A stretch of DNA of 64,000 nucleotides, taken from Camelus ferus. Its lineage: Eukaryota. Below, piece by piece: positions 38,881 through 51,239 of this stretch. Numbering within the stretch: position 1 is the first letter of the stretch; every line of letters starts with the position of its first letter. The stretch spans positions 115,384,001 to 115,448,000 of the forward strand of contig NC_045696.1 in NCBI RefSeq assembly GCF_009834535.1, read 5' to 3'. The translations under genes and the position numbers were made by a program. The notes under the pieces are model-generated. The model did no database searches. It was not told where the DNA came from and saw nothing but the letters and a program-made list of their open reading frames with translations.

Positions 38881-41468
38881 TTTTGACAGTTTGACAGAAA
38901 AACCCAATTTTGACCAAAAAACAAACCATACCACTTAAGACGAGTTCATTTATCAAGAATGTGAATATCTTTCCCAAATTCTCAACAGAAACATCTGATT
39001 AACACACAAGGAAGAAATTGCTTATTTGTTTATATCACATCAGGTCAGCATTTTTCATACTCCCAATTATATGGTCATCTCTGGTTTGTGTGTCAGGGTT
39101 GCCCTTGGAGCTATAAAAATACAGATATTCATATATTTCACATGAATGTAAAACTATACCCATATATTCATATAGAAATACATTTGTATTTATTTAAACA
39201 TATTTAAATAGAAATATGTGTTTATATATAGAGAGAGGAATATATTTCCTAAGTGCAGGGATTCTGATTTATTACATATCCAGGGCCTGGGGAGCTCTAG
39301 TGTTTGGAAAAAGTAAAAAAATTTCCATGTGGCCGATGATGTGCTAATTTAATTTAGGCTGAATCTCAACTGTCACCACCGCAATTGTTTAGCATATAGA
39401 CCAATGGAATGTTTTCTTAGGGAGTGGTCTCTATCATTGACACTATCTGGAGTTCCCAGTTCAGGTGCAGGTGGAGAGCAGACCACCTTTCTACAGTTTA
39501 TTCAAGTCCTCTGGTGCTGCCTGCGCCCACCCCCACCCCATCAACATGACTTTAAAAGACTTCTCTTTCTTCTTAAAGCCAGATACTGGGAAAACGCCCT
39601 TGAGGTTGGGCTGTGTTTCACTAAGTTTGAATGCCAATTTTGACCAGAAATAAACCAAGCTGCAGCATAAGGAAATGTGTCCTTTGCATTTCAATTGTAA
39701 TTCTAGGTGTTTCCCCCCCGCTCCATTAGAAATGCATAATGGACATAAAATAAGGGAGGGAGCACTGAGTTCAAGGTTATGCACTATGGTCTGCTCATGG
39801 GAAGCCAACCAGCTTCAAAACATGGTCTTCTCTTAATCCTGAAAAATGCATTCTTAATCGTAAGTGTTGGGAATACAGCTTCCATCAAACACTGCTCTTG
39901 TTAAGGTCCAATGGAATGGACTAGAATGGACCAGAAGTGATCAGACTAAATTTCTACCTCAGATCTGCAGAGAACTTTTCTGTGTGAACCTGGACAAGTC
40001 ACTTGTCCTCTTTGGGCTTCTCTCTGTCTGTCTGTCTGTCTCTCTTCCCCTAATGGAGTTAAGAGGCCATGTGACACCTTGTGAGGATGAAATATTGTTG
40101 CCTGATTATTAGTAAAACCACAGCTGTAGCTCACAATTGTATTTCATTTGCTTTCCCTCTTTTTTTTCACTAATGTGTAACCGCTAAAAGTTGCAGTTAA
40201 TTGATTTATATGCATAGCCTTGGAACATAGGATATGAAGGGGGCACTTCTGCTTTGCTTTTTTTTTTTTTTTTTTTCACAGTTTAGGAGAAGTGGTTCTC
40301 CTTAGCTTGCTAGCATGATTCACAGAACAGTCTAAGAATGCTTTAAACACCTTAAGAGAACATAATCTTTTCAAGAGATCAGGAAATCTTTTACTTGAAT
40401 GTTATGGACACAGATATTATAAAAGATGTGTTTTGATGTGTTTTGTTTTTTTCTTTAAAGAAATTCACCCCAGATATCCTCCTAAGTAATGCTTTGCTTA
40501 GCTGACTTTGATGATTTTTCTCTACATAACTGAAAAAAAACTTTGAAATATTTTAGAGTTAGGACTTATTACTGTCTTGGGCAGATTTTTTCTGGTAATG
40601 ACTTGAAGTGGTAACATTTGATCATTTTCACTAAGCTCTTTCCAGCTTTTCTGTCCCTGCACAGAGGTCACTCTGTCCCTCACTAAGTTTTAATGTATAG
40701 AAAAGACAACTATCAAAGGATGCACTTAACTAAATTTTAAAATGTTTAGAAATTTTTGAATGTTTGCCCAAACAAAAAGGCAATGTTAAGATGGATAAAG
40801 AGAAGGTTGGCTAAAATTTACCCAGCACATGGGAGTGCCAGAAATAATCCTTAAGACAAAAAAAATGCATCACACTTCAATAGAGCAGATAATTTTCTTT
40901 TTCCACAGCTGAGGACATTGAGGCACAAATAAATCTAAATTACACAGCTGATGGAGGCGAAGTCAGACCATTCCAGAGTCTGAGCTCACAACTCTCTTTA
41001 CAAATATTTGTTTGTTGATCTTTATTAATCTCTAATACTTCAGCTAATCTTCACTGATCGTCTGTTATTAGGCACAGAGAATACCAATTTGAGCAAAGCC
41101 CAGAAGGTGCCTTCAAGAAGCCCACGTCTAGTACGTGTCTGTGCGTTGAGGGAGAGGATTTGTAAAGACTTGTTTCATCAGGAGGTCTGTCATTTCATGT
41201 TTCAGGTGAAAAATACTTAAGCCAGTCAGCTGCGGTCAATGTTCATGGCCTAATTATTATCTAGACCGAAAGATTACCTGCCACTCCTATTTGCCATCTT
41301 CTAAGGTGGTATGATAAGACTTCAATTTGATTGAAAATACAGATGGAGACTCCTTTCACAATTCTGCTACTGTGCCTTCTTTAAACTTTCTACAAATGAA
41401 TGGAAGACCAGTTCAGCCCCGTACTTCTCTGTGTCCTGCAAGTTCACGAAGGGCCTATGTGAGGATGA

Positions 41469-41640
41469 CAGCTGTACTGTCTAACACAGGAACCACTAGT
41501 CTTAGGTGGCTATTTAAATTTAAGTTAATTACCAATTCAGTTGCAGTTGCAGTAGCCTCCTGTGATGAATGGCCGCCATATTGGAGAATGCAGACGGAGA
41601 ACATTTCCACCCCAGAAGTTTCTATCAGACAGTGTACTAG
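41469..41640. mobile_element. MER3-like hAT-Charlie relic
   Basis: gtactgtctaacac...gtggctatttaaatttaagttaatta...gaacatttccaccccagaagtttctatcagacagtgtactag. Confidence 0.75.
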
Positions 41641-42077
41641 AGCTACCATTCATAAATAATCTATTTCTGGGATTACAGTATGGCTGATTTGGGATATCTT
41701 ATCTAACATGTGAGCATTCAGGGTTGAGTTTTTACGTTTGGTGACATCTTACCAATTAGCCACCAGAATGAATGACTTCAGAGTTGCGTCAAGATGTGTT
41801 TTCCTACTGGGTACTTTCATGTGCTGTTCTTGGTCAAAGTGGTTTCATGTGCAAACCAAGGAGAATGTTCAACCTATGTTATTTTTCCTACTCGTGTCTA
41901 ATATAAACTCAGTGATATTTGGAACATTTCAGGACGTTTGCACTTGAAACTGTGTCCCTGCAGAGGGTGTGCCGCTTGAAGGTGAGAGGTGGGTGGGCTT
42001 TTGTTCACCTTAGACCTTTCTGTGCTCTTGCAATTTTCTACCAAGAGCAAGTGTTAACTTTCATTTAAAAAAGTAAA

Positions 42078-42295
42078 GGGGGGTGGAGGGTGTAGCTCAG
42101 TGGTAGAGTATGTGTTTAGCAAGCACAAGGTCCTGGGTTCAACCCCCAATACCTCCAGTAAAAATAAATAAATATAAACCTATTTACCTCCCCTCCCCTC
42201 CAAAAACACCAAAGGCCAATAATAATAATAATAATAATAAACTGAATGTTTAAAAAAATTAATAATGTAAAAACTAAAAATAAAACGAGTTACAC
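42078..42295 (+). mobile_element. tRNA(Ala)-derived SINE, camelid Vic-1-like
   Basis: Pol III A box TAGCTCAGTGG (42093-42103), B box GGTTCAACCCC (42136-42146), A-rich/(AAT)n tail, and 10-bp target-site duplication AAAAAGTAAA at 42068-42077 and 42296-42305. Confidence 0.85.
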
Positions 42296-42473
42296 AAAAA
42301 GTAAACCAAAATAGCTTTTTATAAATAAGACAACATTATATCTATTATTCCATGAAAGTGTCTCATTTGTCCATTTATCGAGTGTTTATTATGTGAAAAC
42401 ATTTTTGCTAGGCTGTCTTGGGTAATGGATATAAAAGCAATGTGGCATTTTTTCCCATGTTCTTAAGGGTCTT

Positions 42474-42695
42474 TTTTTTTTTTTTAATTGAAGTATAGTT
42501 GATTTAAAATGCTGTATTAGTTTCTGGTGTGGAGCATAGTGATTCAGTTATACACGTATCTGTTCTTTTTCATATTCTTTTTTCATTATATAACAATTGA
42601 ATCTAGTTTCCAGTACTGTGTAGTAGGTCCTTGTTGTTTACTGATTTTTTATGTAGTAGTTGATCTGCGAATCGCAAACTCCTGATTTCTCCCTC
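42474..42695 (-). mobile_element. Young L1 3' end fragment
   Basis: Poly-T plus the shared motif; degenerate TSD CTTAAGGGTCTT (42462-73) and CTTAACGGCCTT (42696-707). Confidence 0.85.
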
Positions 42696-43859
42696 CTTAA
42701 CGGCCTTGTTTTTAAGGAGATGGGACGGGTGCCCATAAAGATTGTTAAATGCACGTCTAAAGCAGCTCGGGAAACTTTCGTGTTCCCCGTAGTCCACTGT
42801 TATGGATAAAAGAGGCTTTCTGGATGCTTGATGATCGTCCTCACATGTGGGAGGTCAAGGGTTACTGCTACATCGAGTCCACACATTCATCTTCGCATCA
42901 GACCCAGCCCGTGCTCTGCCACTGGGTCCCTGAGGCTGCAGAGCTCTTCCCTGAGCCGTCTGCGGTCACCGAGGCCGTCCCCGCTGGTGCTGGGAGGCTT
43001 CCTCCCACCCTGTTCATCGCTCTTCCTCAGAGGCCCTTTCCGATGCTGAAAGCAAGGTTGTCCTTTCCTCTGTTTTTGGACTCTTGTTTTGCGGGTCTCT
43101 ACTTCCGCCTCTGCAGTTTGGACATTAGGGACATTACTGGTGAATCAACAAATTACTTTCAACCAGGGAGCCGACATAAATAACACCATTTTTTACTCAT
43201 TCGGGGCATTACTTGGTCACCTGACACAGCGGATGCTGTTCTGGGTACTTAATTTTGTGGATGTGCTGATAAAAGTTAAACCAAGGTTTTCAGAGACAAA
43301 ATGAAAATAACATTAATGTGGAAAATACATATCATATAGGAGGCAGGGTAATAAAAGGTTAATTTGACATTTAGAGGATAAAAAAAGAGAGAAGATAGAG
43401 TCTTGTGATGCCACTATTACAGTTCAAGTGTAGAGATGCAAGATAATTTTGTCCTTAGGAGACACAAGAGCCAGACCATGATGCCATTATATTGAATGCT
43501 GTAAATAGCCACATCAGAAAACACCTTTGCACTTTGCTGTCTGTATGGAAGGTGGTCACTTTCCTGCCCACATATCTATAAGCCGAATCCTCTGAACTTG
43601 TCTATGAGAAGGGAAACAAGTGATCACCTGCAGTCACATGGGTTTGCTAAGGGTCTATTAAATATAAATATAATACTATTAAATATCATCTCATGAGCAT
43701 TCTGGAAAGTTGAACTTTAAGGTATTGAAATTTATTTTATAGAGAGGTGAATTTTGCAGACTCCGCCAGGACACATTCATCTTACAGACAAACCCCTCTG
43801 AGACTTCCTTTGTAATGTTGAGAAAGTTAATTTGACAGCGTGAATTGAGACCTAAAAAT

Positions 43860-44300
43860 AGTCATATTTTGTCCCTATAATACCCTCTTTGAAAAGCTGT
43901 CCTAAGGAAACAACCTTAGGATAGATTTTAAAAGATTATTGAGTAGGATGTTCACTATAAAATAATTATAGAGGGAAAAAATAAAATAATACAAATGTCT
44001 AATATGAGATGAGTGGCTAAGTATATAACATTCATGTACTGTAAACCCATGTTGTCATTAAAAACCATGTGCATTTCTAAAAGTATATCGAATTCCACGG
44101 AAATTTCTACACAAAGTTACTTTAACAAGTCATCCAAACTTTTTAAAATACACATGAAAACACAGAAGATAAAAGACTGGTACGTCATGACCACTCTTAA
44201 TATTTTGATATGCCTCTCCTTGGTGGAATTATGGGTTTTTGTTTTTACATTTTAAAGAAATTTTCCCAATTTTCCTGATGACTTAATGAATGATTTATTT
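43860..44300 (+). mobile_element. Ancient L1ME-like fragment
   Basis: Decayed match: ...cctaaggaaacaacc...aggatgttcact...caaatgtctaatatgagatgagtggctaag. Confidence 0.5.
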
Positions 44301-45019
44301 AATTTTAAGAAGTTGTTTGTTAGTTTTCTTGCTCACCTACCTTTCCTTTATGCCAGTACCTCACCTAAGAGCCATCCCCCACTACATATTACTTTGATTT
44401 CTGCAGATGTAAGATCAATAAACATCTTGACCCAAAGTAATCAAAACCAAGCCAAAAGAGCAAACAAAATCAGTATTTCGAGGAGCATTATGACTCGCTG
44501 GATTTAACCTGTGGCTGGAGAATGGTTTTACATTTCAGGCATCATGAAAGCTGCAAATGAAGGTCACTGTCAGTGTCCGCCTTTTAAAAGTGATGGGAAG
44601 CAAATAGTCCGTTTAGCTTCTCGAAGATTCCCTCCTCTGAGGAAGAAGGAATAAAGTACAGAAGCAGCTCTGTGTCTGCCCTGCTGTGCAATCACCGAGG
44701 AGGGCACCTGCCTTGCAAGATGTTTACACAATGTCGAAACCGGACGTGATCAAATCGGCCATCACAGAGCCACTGCCTTGCAAAGCATCGTGGTTCGTGG
44801 TTCTCTGCGGAGCAGAAAGGAGCATTACAAGGGAAAAAAAAGGGGGAGGAGGGGAAACGGGGTTTGAAAGACTCAGATGAAAATCCGAGTTCAGACAAGA
44901 CTGAATTAACAAAATAGAAAATTAAAGGTGTTCTGAGAGATTCCTGTGTAACCGGAATTCAGCTGGCTCCGAAATACTTAGTGGATTTCTGGCTAAATCT
45001 CCGAAGCTCTAGGAGCTTA

Positions 45020-45202
45020 GTGGGAAATCCACTTCCTACCAGCCAGTAATTTCAAGTAGTGTTTGCTTTGTGAGCCAGGCAAGTAACTTAACCTTCCTGA
45101 GTCTCAGTTTGTTATCTCTAAAACGGGCATAAAAATAGCACCTAGCTCATAGAAGCAGCTGTGAGGTCAATGACTTAGCGCAATTATGTACAATGTTTAG
45201 AA
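45020..45202 (+). mobile_element. MIR
   Basis: ggcaagtaacttaaccttcctgagtctcagtttgttatctctaaaacgggcataaaaatagcacctagctcatag core. Confidence 0.8.
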
Positions 45203-47786
45203 AATAAAATAAGTTTAAGTTCTCCTAATAATCTCTATTTTTATATTATTAATGCACATTTGATCTCTCAAGAATGGAAATGTTTTCAAATTAAGGGTAC
45301 ATCTTTCCTGAATTTCAGCCGTCCTCGGAAGAAATACAGCTTACGGGCGAGTCAAGCTTTAAGATCTTACAAAACCATATCATCGCTATTTAATTATGAC
45401 TGATAATCTGCTATGAAATGCAGGAGGTTTAATTGTACAAAAGTTCCACTCTACCTGATGATGACCAGTCACCCTGGAGTCAGAGCAATTAGCTGAAGTT
45501 TTTCACCCAATCTTGACACAATTCTAATCATACGTGTTTGGTGTGTGTGCGTGTGCGTGAGTGTAAGGCGTGCATGAGGTGGTGTATTTAATTTTTCTAA
45601 CTTTACTGGCTTCTGTGGAGAGACTGCACTCAAATAATAACGCAAAAAAATGCAATGATTTTCTGAGACGATATTTCTCCAGTGTTTACCAGTCTTCCAT
45701 TTCTTCTCTTCCCCTAGCAACAGGACATAGGTGGGTCTTAGCTTGCCAAAGGTATCAGGGGAACATTTTATTTTCTGGATCTTCACCTAATATTGCTCCG
45801 CCCCTACTACTGGGGCCACATCTTTTGAATTTCCTCTCCTCTCCCTAACCCATCTGACACTCAATCCTGAGGCAAGCCACCCAGGCGAGATAAAGTCCTT
45901 ACATATTGTTGAATAAGTAGAAACAGTTTTCTGATCTGTTCAGGGTGCAACTGTCAAACACCAGCTCCAATCACAGGAGATATTAACCAGAGCGAGTCCA
46001 GAGACCCTCGAGAAAGTCAAGGGTGAGACTTGTCTCCTCCTGACTGCTGCTCGGGCATTTCTAAGCCACGCTGGCCCCGGGGGATGCTTTGCAGTTTGAC
46101 TGAGGAGGCTGTGTGGAAAACAAATATTTGATAAAATCACCTGTTTGGATAGAGCAGGTTGGACAATCATGTGCGCACACACTTACACATACACAGTGAC
46201 ACAAACACTTCTGTTTTGTATGAAGACGGCATATATGAGAGGGCAAAATCATATGTGGGTATATATAAGCATATACATACACATTCATTCATTCCTTTGT
46301 GTGTGTATGTATCTATTTCTCCCCAGAACATTGCTTGCCCTGCTCTCACCTTCATACAAAGTAGAAAGCCCTGTGTGACTAAATCACAGGGAAACAGGTG
46401 AAAACAAACCCCAGGGCACCCTTCTAGCTGCATATTTCAGCCCCTCCAGTCTTCTCATAAGATACAGACTTTTTTCTCTTTCCTTAATATGTTGAGATGT
46501 GAACATTTTCATTGCTGTGGGTAAGAATATGATACTGAAAGTGTGGAATCAAAGCTATAAAAATAAGCATTTTTTTCCTGTTGGACTCAGTAAAGTTATA
46601 ATCATTTTGTAAGAGAAAAGCATATGGCTGTAAACCTGTTTCATGTGTTCATTGCTTCTTATTTAAGACGACAGTGATTGGCACCCACCTGGAATGCCCT
46701 CAACGTCTTTCTTCACTAATATTCAGTGGTTTGAGGAGGCTGGCCCAAGAATCAGAAGTCAAGATTTTTTTTTTCCCTTTGCTTCCAGAACTGATAACAA
46801 TCTTATAAATACAATTAGGAAGGAGAAACCTGTAAAACAGGATTTAAAAAAAAAAATGGCAGAAAGGACATAAATGATTTCCAGAGAAAATTACATAGCA
46901 AAAGCATGTGGCTAAGTGAGACAAGTAATGAATGCTTGTCAATGCCAAGAAAAAGGAAATTGTGAGCAAAATTTTTTGAGAGAAAACTTCCATCATGAAC
47001 TTTAGTGATTGAAAAAAAAAACCCCACAATTAGAGCTAAGTGGAGTTACGTTAGTTGTGTGGGACAGTCCAAAGATGGGACCATTTTAATAAAAAGAAGC
47101 ACTTGTTCACAGTGCACCTGCCTGGCCCACAAATCTGCCCCTCTCATCTTTTTAGTCATTTGTTTACATTTGAAATCATATAGCCAATCAGTGTGGGCTT
47201 TACTCGACTAACAGGGCTTTTTTCTTCTTTTTTTCTTTCCATCATTAAGATCTTTATACTATTACTCATCCCCTTTGAACCTAAGCCACACGGCCAGGAA
47301 AGCTTGCCTGTATTCTGTTTACACTGTGGGTATGTAACTAGTGCCACTTCTGTAAACACACCACGTTTAAACTGATTAACATTTTCATACCTCACCTCCA
47401 ACTCTACCTTTAGCAACTGAATCACTCTTCCTCATCAGCTGTCATTTATGTCCTGTTAGCATCAAGAGGAAATGAACCAAAATCACACCCACTTAATTTC
47501 ATCTCAGGACTCTCTCGGGTTTACTTACTGTATGGTGCTTGTTTGTAACGGGGGTAGAGGGGGGACGTTAGACAAAGATGAGCAACTCAGCAGTGTTGTG
47601 TAAGGTGGTCGGAGCGCATTGTTACCGTTTTCTATGTCTTGAGTGTATTTCAACCACCATCCCTGGAAGACCTGCACTCAAACTAGGCATCACGTCATGT
47701 TACGGTATCGTTTTCTGGAGGCGATTACTAGCTAAGAGTTTTCTCCTCTCTTCTTTCTTTTTTTTTTTCCTAAATATTCCTGGCAG

Positions 47787-47965
47787 GTACTAAGCACAAA
47801 ACCATGCTAGAAGCCCGGAACGGAAGCGGGACGATCAAAGCCTTCCCTCGTGCGGGTGTGAAAGGCAAAGGACCAGTTAGTAAGGGTAATACAGGCCTGC
47901 AGAACAAAACGTTTCACTGTGAAATCTGTGATGTGCACGTCAACTCGGAAACACAACTTAAACAG
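47787..47965 (+). CDS. ZNF385D: ZNF385D coding exon (179 nt, phase 1-0): (G)[59 protein letters not shown]; last His of finger 2 and the CxxC half of finger 3
   Basis: Pyrimidine tract plus ggcAG at 47785-86 and donor CAG|GTAGGC at 47966. The frame joins the previous exon to give AHNSGTKH. Confidence 0.95.
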
Positions 47966-48061
47966 GTAGGCGGTGTGAATCCTAGAAGTGGAAACAGACG
48001 GGGGATGCTGATGAGCAGAAGTGTGTGCTTCCTTTGTCCTCTTTCTTTTCTGTCTTTCTCT

Positions 48062-48308
48062 CCCATCCTTCCATCCATGCATCCATGCATCCATCCATAC
48101 ATCCATGAATCCATCTATCCATCTGTCCATACATACATCTATCCATCCATCCATCTATCCATCTATCTATCCATCCATCCATCCATGCATCCATCTATCC
48201 ATCCATACACACATACATCTATCCATCCATCCAACTATCCATCCATCCATCCATACATACATACATCTATTGATCATCCATCCATCCATCCACCCATCCA
48301 TCCATCCA
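48062..48308 (+). repeat. Degenerate (CCAT)n tetranucleotide array, about 250 bp
   Basis: Directly visible CCAT/CTAT/ACAT/GCAT units starting about 100 nt after the exon donor at 47966. Confidence 0.95.
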
Positions 48309-49204
48309 CGTATCTTCTATCCACTGTCCTTATTTATTTATCCATATTTTAGCTGCTTAAGGGAATCTGAAAATGGAATGGCTTCTAAGATCTTTCAGAA
48401 ATGGTCTGAAGTGAGCCTGTGCTCTTCTTATATATGAAGAGTGGGAGGAAAAGGGCAGTAGACCTTTTCTTTACCAAGTTTCCCACTCAGAAGCATTAAT
48501 TCTTTTTAAAGGTCAAATTGCCATGTTCTATTTTTACTTGTTTAGCTACTTACATGCTACCGCTGATTTTATACTGTGCTATTCTTTTACTTTACGTACT
48601 TCATCACATGGTGGTGTACTGTATTTGCAAATCCTGCAGCCACCTGCTACAGGGATGACTAATTGTGTTGCATTCACTTTTCCTCTGAATAGCCTTCCAA
48701 CCAGATCTGTTTTACGTTGTCAGTTGCAGGCCCAGCCTTCCTTTTCGGTTACGTTTTAGATGCATAGGTACATTATTGGACTGATTTTATGCACCTTGGC
48801 TATTTATCTTTAGAATTTAAGGGGCTGACATTCGGCTGTACAAATGTGAGGGTAAATATGAGTCTGGAAATAAATTCAGGCCTGCCTGGCCATCTTTGTT
48901 TATTTGCACATAAAATTCCTTCAGACATTTCTTTCCTTTGTAAATGTCCCTAAAAGCGGTGATCAGGAGGAAGGCCGGGAAAAGGAAGAGGCGTCTCTTT
49001 GTTAAAAATAGATTAAAATGGCTAGCATCAAAGTATCAGAGGCATCGGAATCCAAGGACAAAAGTGCGTGCTCTTTAATTTTTGTCTTTCTGCAAATTGC
49101 ATGAAATAATTAATATCCTTCCTCAGGTGAAAACAATATTTATGAGGGTTTTTTTAGGGGGATGATTTTTTTTAAGCTGTCATTTTTTTCATTGCTTTTA
49201 ATAG

Positions 49205-49306
49205 CACATTAGCAGTAGAAGACACAAAGACAGAGCTGCTGGGAAGCCCCCGAAACCCAAATACAGTCCTTACAACAAACTGCAGAAAGCAGCACATCCA
49301 CTGGGG
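49205..49306 (+). CDS. ZNF385D: ZNF385D coding exon (102 nt, phase 0-0): HISSRRHKDRAAGKPPKPKYSPYNKLQKAAHPLG; both His ligands of finger 3
   Basis: Translated by hand (too short for the ORF track). Acceptor ttttaatAG at 49203-04, donor GGG|GTGAGT at 49307. Completes C-x2-C-x12-H-x5-H. Confidence 0.95.
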
Positions 49307-50817
49307 GTGAGTGTCCTTTTTGCTTCCAAATAGACAGTAGCCGTTAATGTCCTGCAGTCTGCTCGCTGAACTTGGATTATGATTTTTTTGTCAGTTACTA
49401 AGTGAAATAAACAAGATACCTAAGTAAAGACAAACAATTGATTTGAAAGCCCACCCCCTACTTCACCCACAGAATTACTGGTTTCATGAGTGGTCTGGGT
49501 GTCTTGTCACCACCAGCCACCACCCAGTATCTCATCTTTTTACCTGGGCTCAGGTTCACGACAGAGCATGGGGACAGGGTGGTGGGCCGGTGGGGAAAAC
49601 CAAACTCTTGGAGTCGTTTAAGTCATGGCATGAAATCCGAACTTGAGGTTAGTGGGTACTGTTAGGAAAGTTGAGGGAAAAACAAGTTCTTGCATCTCCT
49701 TTTGAGTATCTACAAGAGACAAAGCATTGGTATTACTGATTCTGCCCACAAGTCTAGGTTTTGAATAACACAGTTTAAAAGGCATGGCTAATTTTTTTTT
49801 TTTTAATTATCTACCTAAGGAAACTATCTAAGGCCTGGGAAATACTTCCTGAGACATGATCTCTTGCTATTACCCCAAATATGCCTTTTAGATTAGTAAG
49901 CCTACAGCTACTGATGCCCTGACCTAGAAAGTCTGTAGGCGTTTAGGGGAAATCTGTAAACCTCCTGACATTTCAGGTTAATATTAATGAGCATGTGCTT
50001 TTTTCTCTGGTTGGAATGATCATAGCTTTCATCAGAGAGACCCAGGGCTCTGCATTCTTTAGCTGTAATAAACTATCACTGCGTGTATAAAAAATTTAAG
50101 AACAATTGATCTACAGGATATACTGAATTATGCATTTTGAAATCTGTTTTCATCAAAATAGATCTTATTAATAATCAGTGCTACGTGTGCGGCTGACACG
50201 TGAAAAGACAGTTAAAGGAAAACTGCAGTCAACTATTAGGAGACCTCAGAATGAGTTGACCCAATTCATTTCGTTGTACCACCCATTTTTATGCAAATGA
50301 AGTCACTCTAGTCTTTGGCACAGAATCCATTTTAGCTGCATGGAGAGGCCATGGATTGTGCACGGAGCTGAGGTTTTCAGCACCACCAGTCATTACCTTG
50401 AGTGCTATTTCTGACCCCTGTTGATGCAGCTGTCAACAAACAAGTGAAAGGTTCCTTAAGAAACAGAGAAGTCAAACTGCGTTCATGTTAGCATCCAAAA
50501 CCTCCTGCTTAACTATCACTGTTCCTGTCTCCAGACATGGGATCATCCCCTCCCTGAGAATTAGTCATCTTACTAATGCAACTAGTCAGAGAATGAACTG
50601 GGTTTGTAGCGAGGGACTGAGAGGACATGGCTACCAGTGTAAGCAAAACATGAAAAACTTGTGGGGAGAGAACTTTGCTCCTTTACTGAAAGTGGAATTT
50701 TTTTATCTCTACATCTCTTGATCAGTCCCTCTCACCTTGCTACGCTGCTACCTTACACACTTGAGGCCTCTTAATAGTCGTTGACAGCATTAATAAATCT
50801 CTCTTTAGAAATGTCTA

Positions 50818-51125
50818 GTCCCATAGAAAACAAACTTACGGTTCCAGGGGGTAAAGGGAGAGGGGTGCTGGAGGGATAAATTGAGAGTTCAGGATTTGCA
50901 GAGACTAACTCCTATACAGAAAATAGATAAAACAGTAGGGTCCTACTGTCTAGCACAGGGAACTATAGTCAATACCTTGTAATAGCCTATAATGGGAAAG
51001 AACCTGAAAAAGAATATTTATGTACAACTGAATCACCATGCTGTACACCTGAAATTAACATGGCAGTGTAAACCGACGATACTTCAATTAATTAATTAAT
51101 TTTATTTAATTTTTTAAAAAAGTTA
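50818..51125 (+). mobile_element. Young L1 3' end, sense, in the last intron
   Basis: catagaaaacaaacttacggttccagggggtaaaggg...gatacttcaatt plus tail; TSD AAATGTCTA at 50809-50817 and 51126-51134. Confidence 0.85.
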
Positions 51126-51239
51126 AAATGTCTATTTCCTCATCATTAAAGTGTATGTAAAGAGTGGAGCAAAAATTCCCTATTTTTTCCAAGACTAATA
51201 CTTTCCCACGAAGTATATTTATCAAGGGAAACAAGATGA

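Noticed and set aside
42085..42157. tRNA-Ala-like sequence as a real tRNA gene
   Set aside because: Degenerate stems, an A-rich tail and a TSD identify it as the head of a SINE.
47785..47792. Exons starting with GT (CAG|GTACTA; also CAG|GTCAAA at 51494) as recursive splice sites
   Set aside because: The GT is dictated by Gly and Val codons, and the reconstituted donors are poor.
47966..48437. Long ORFs (182, 138 and 115 aa) with HPSI/MDGW repeats
   Set aside because: These are read-through into the stop-poor (CCAT)n microsatellite; the true exon ends at the GT donor at 47966.
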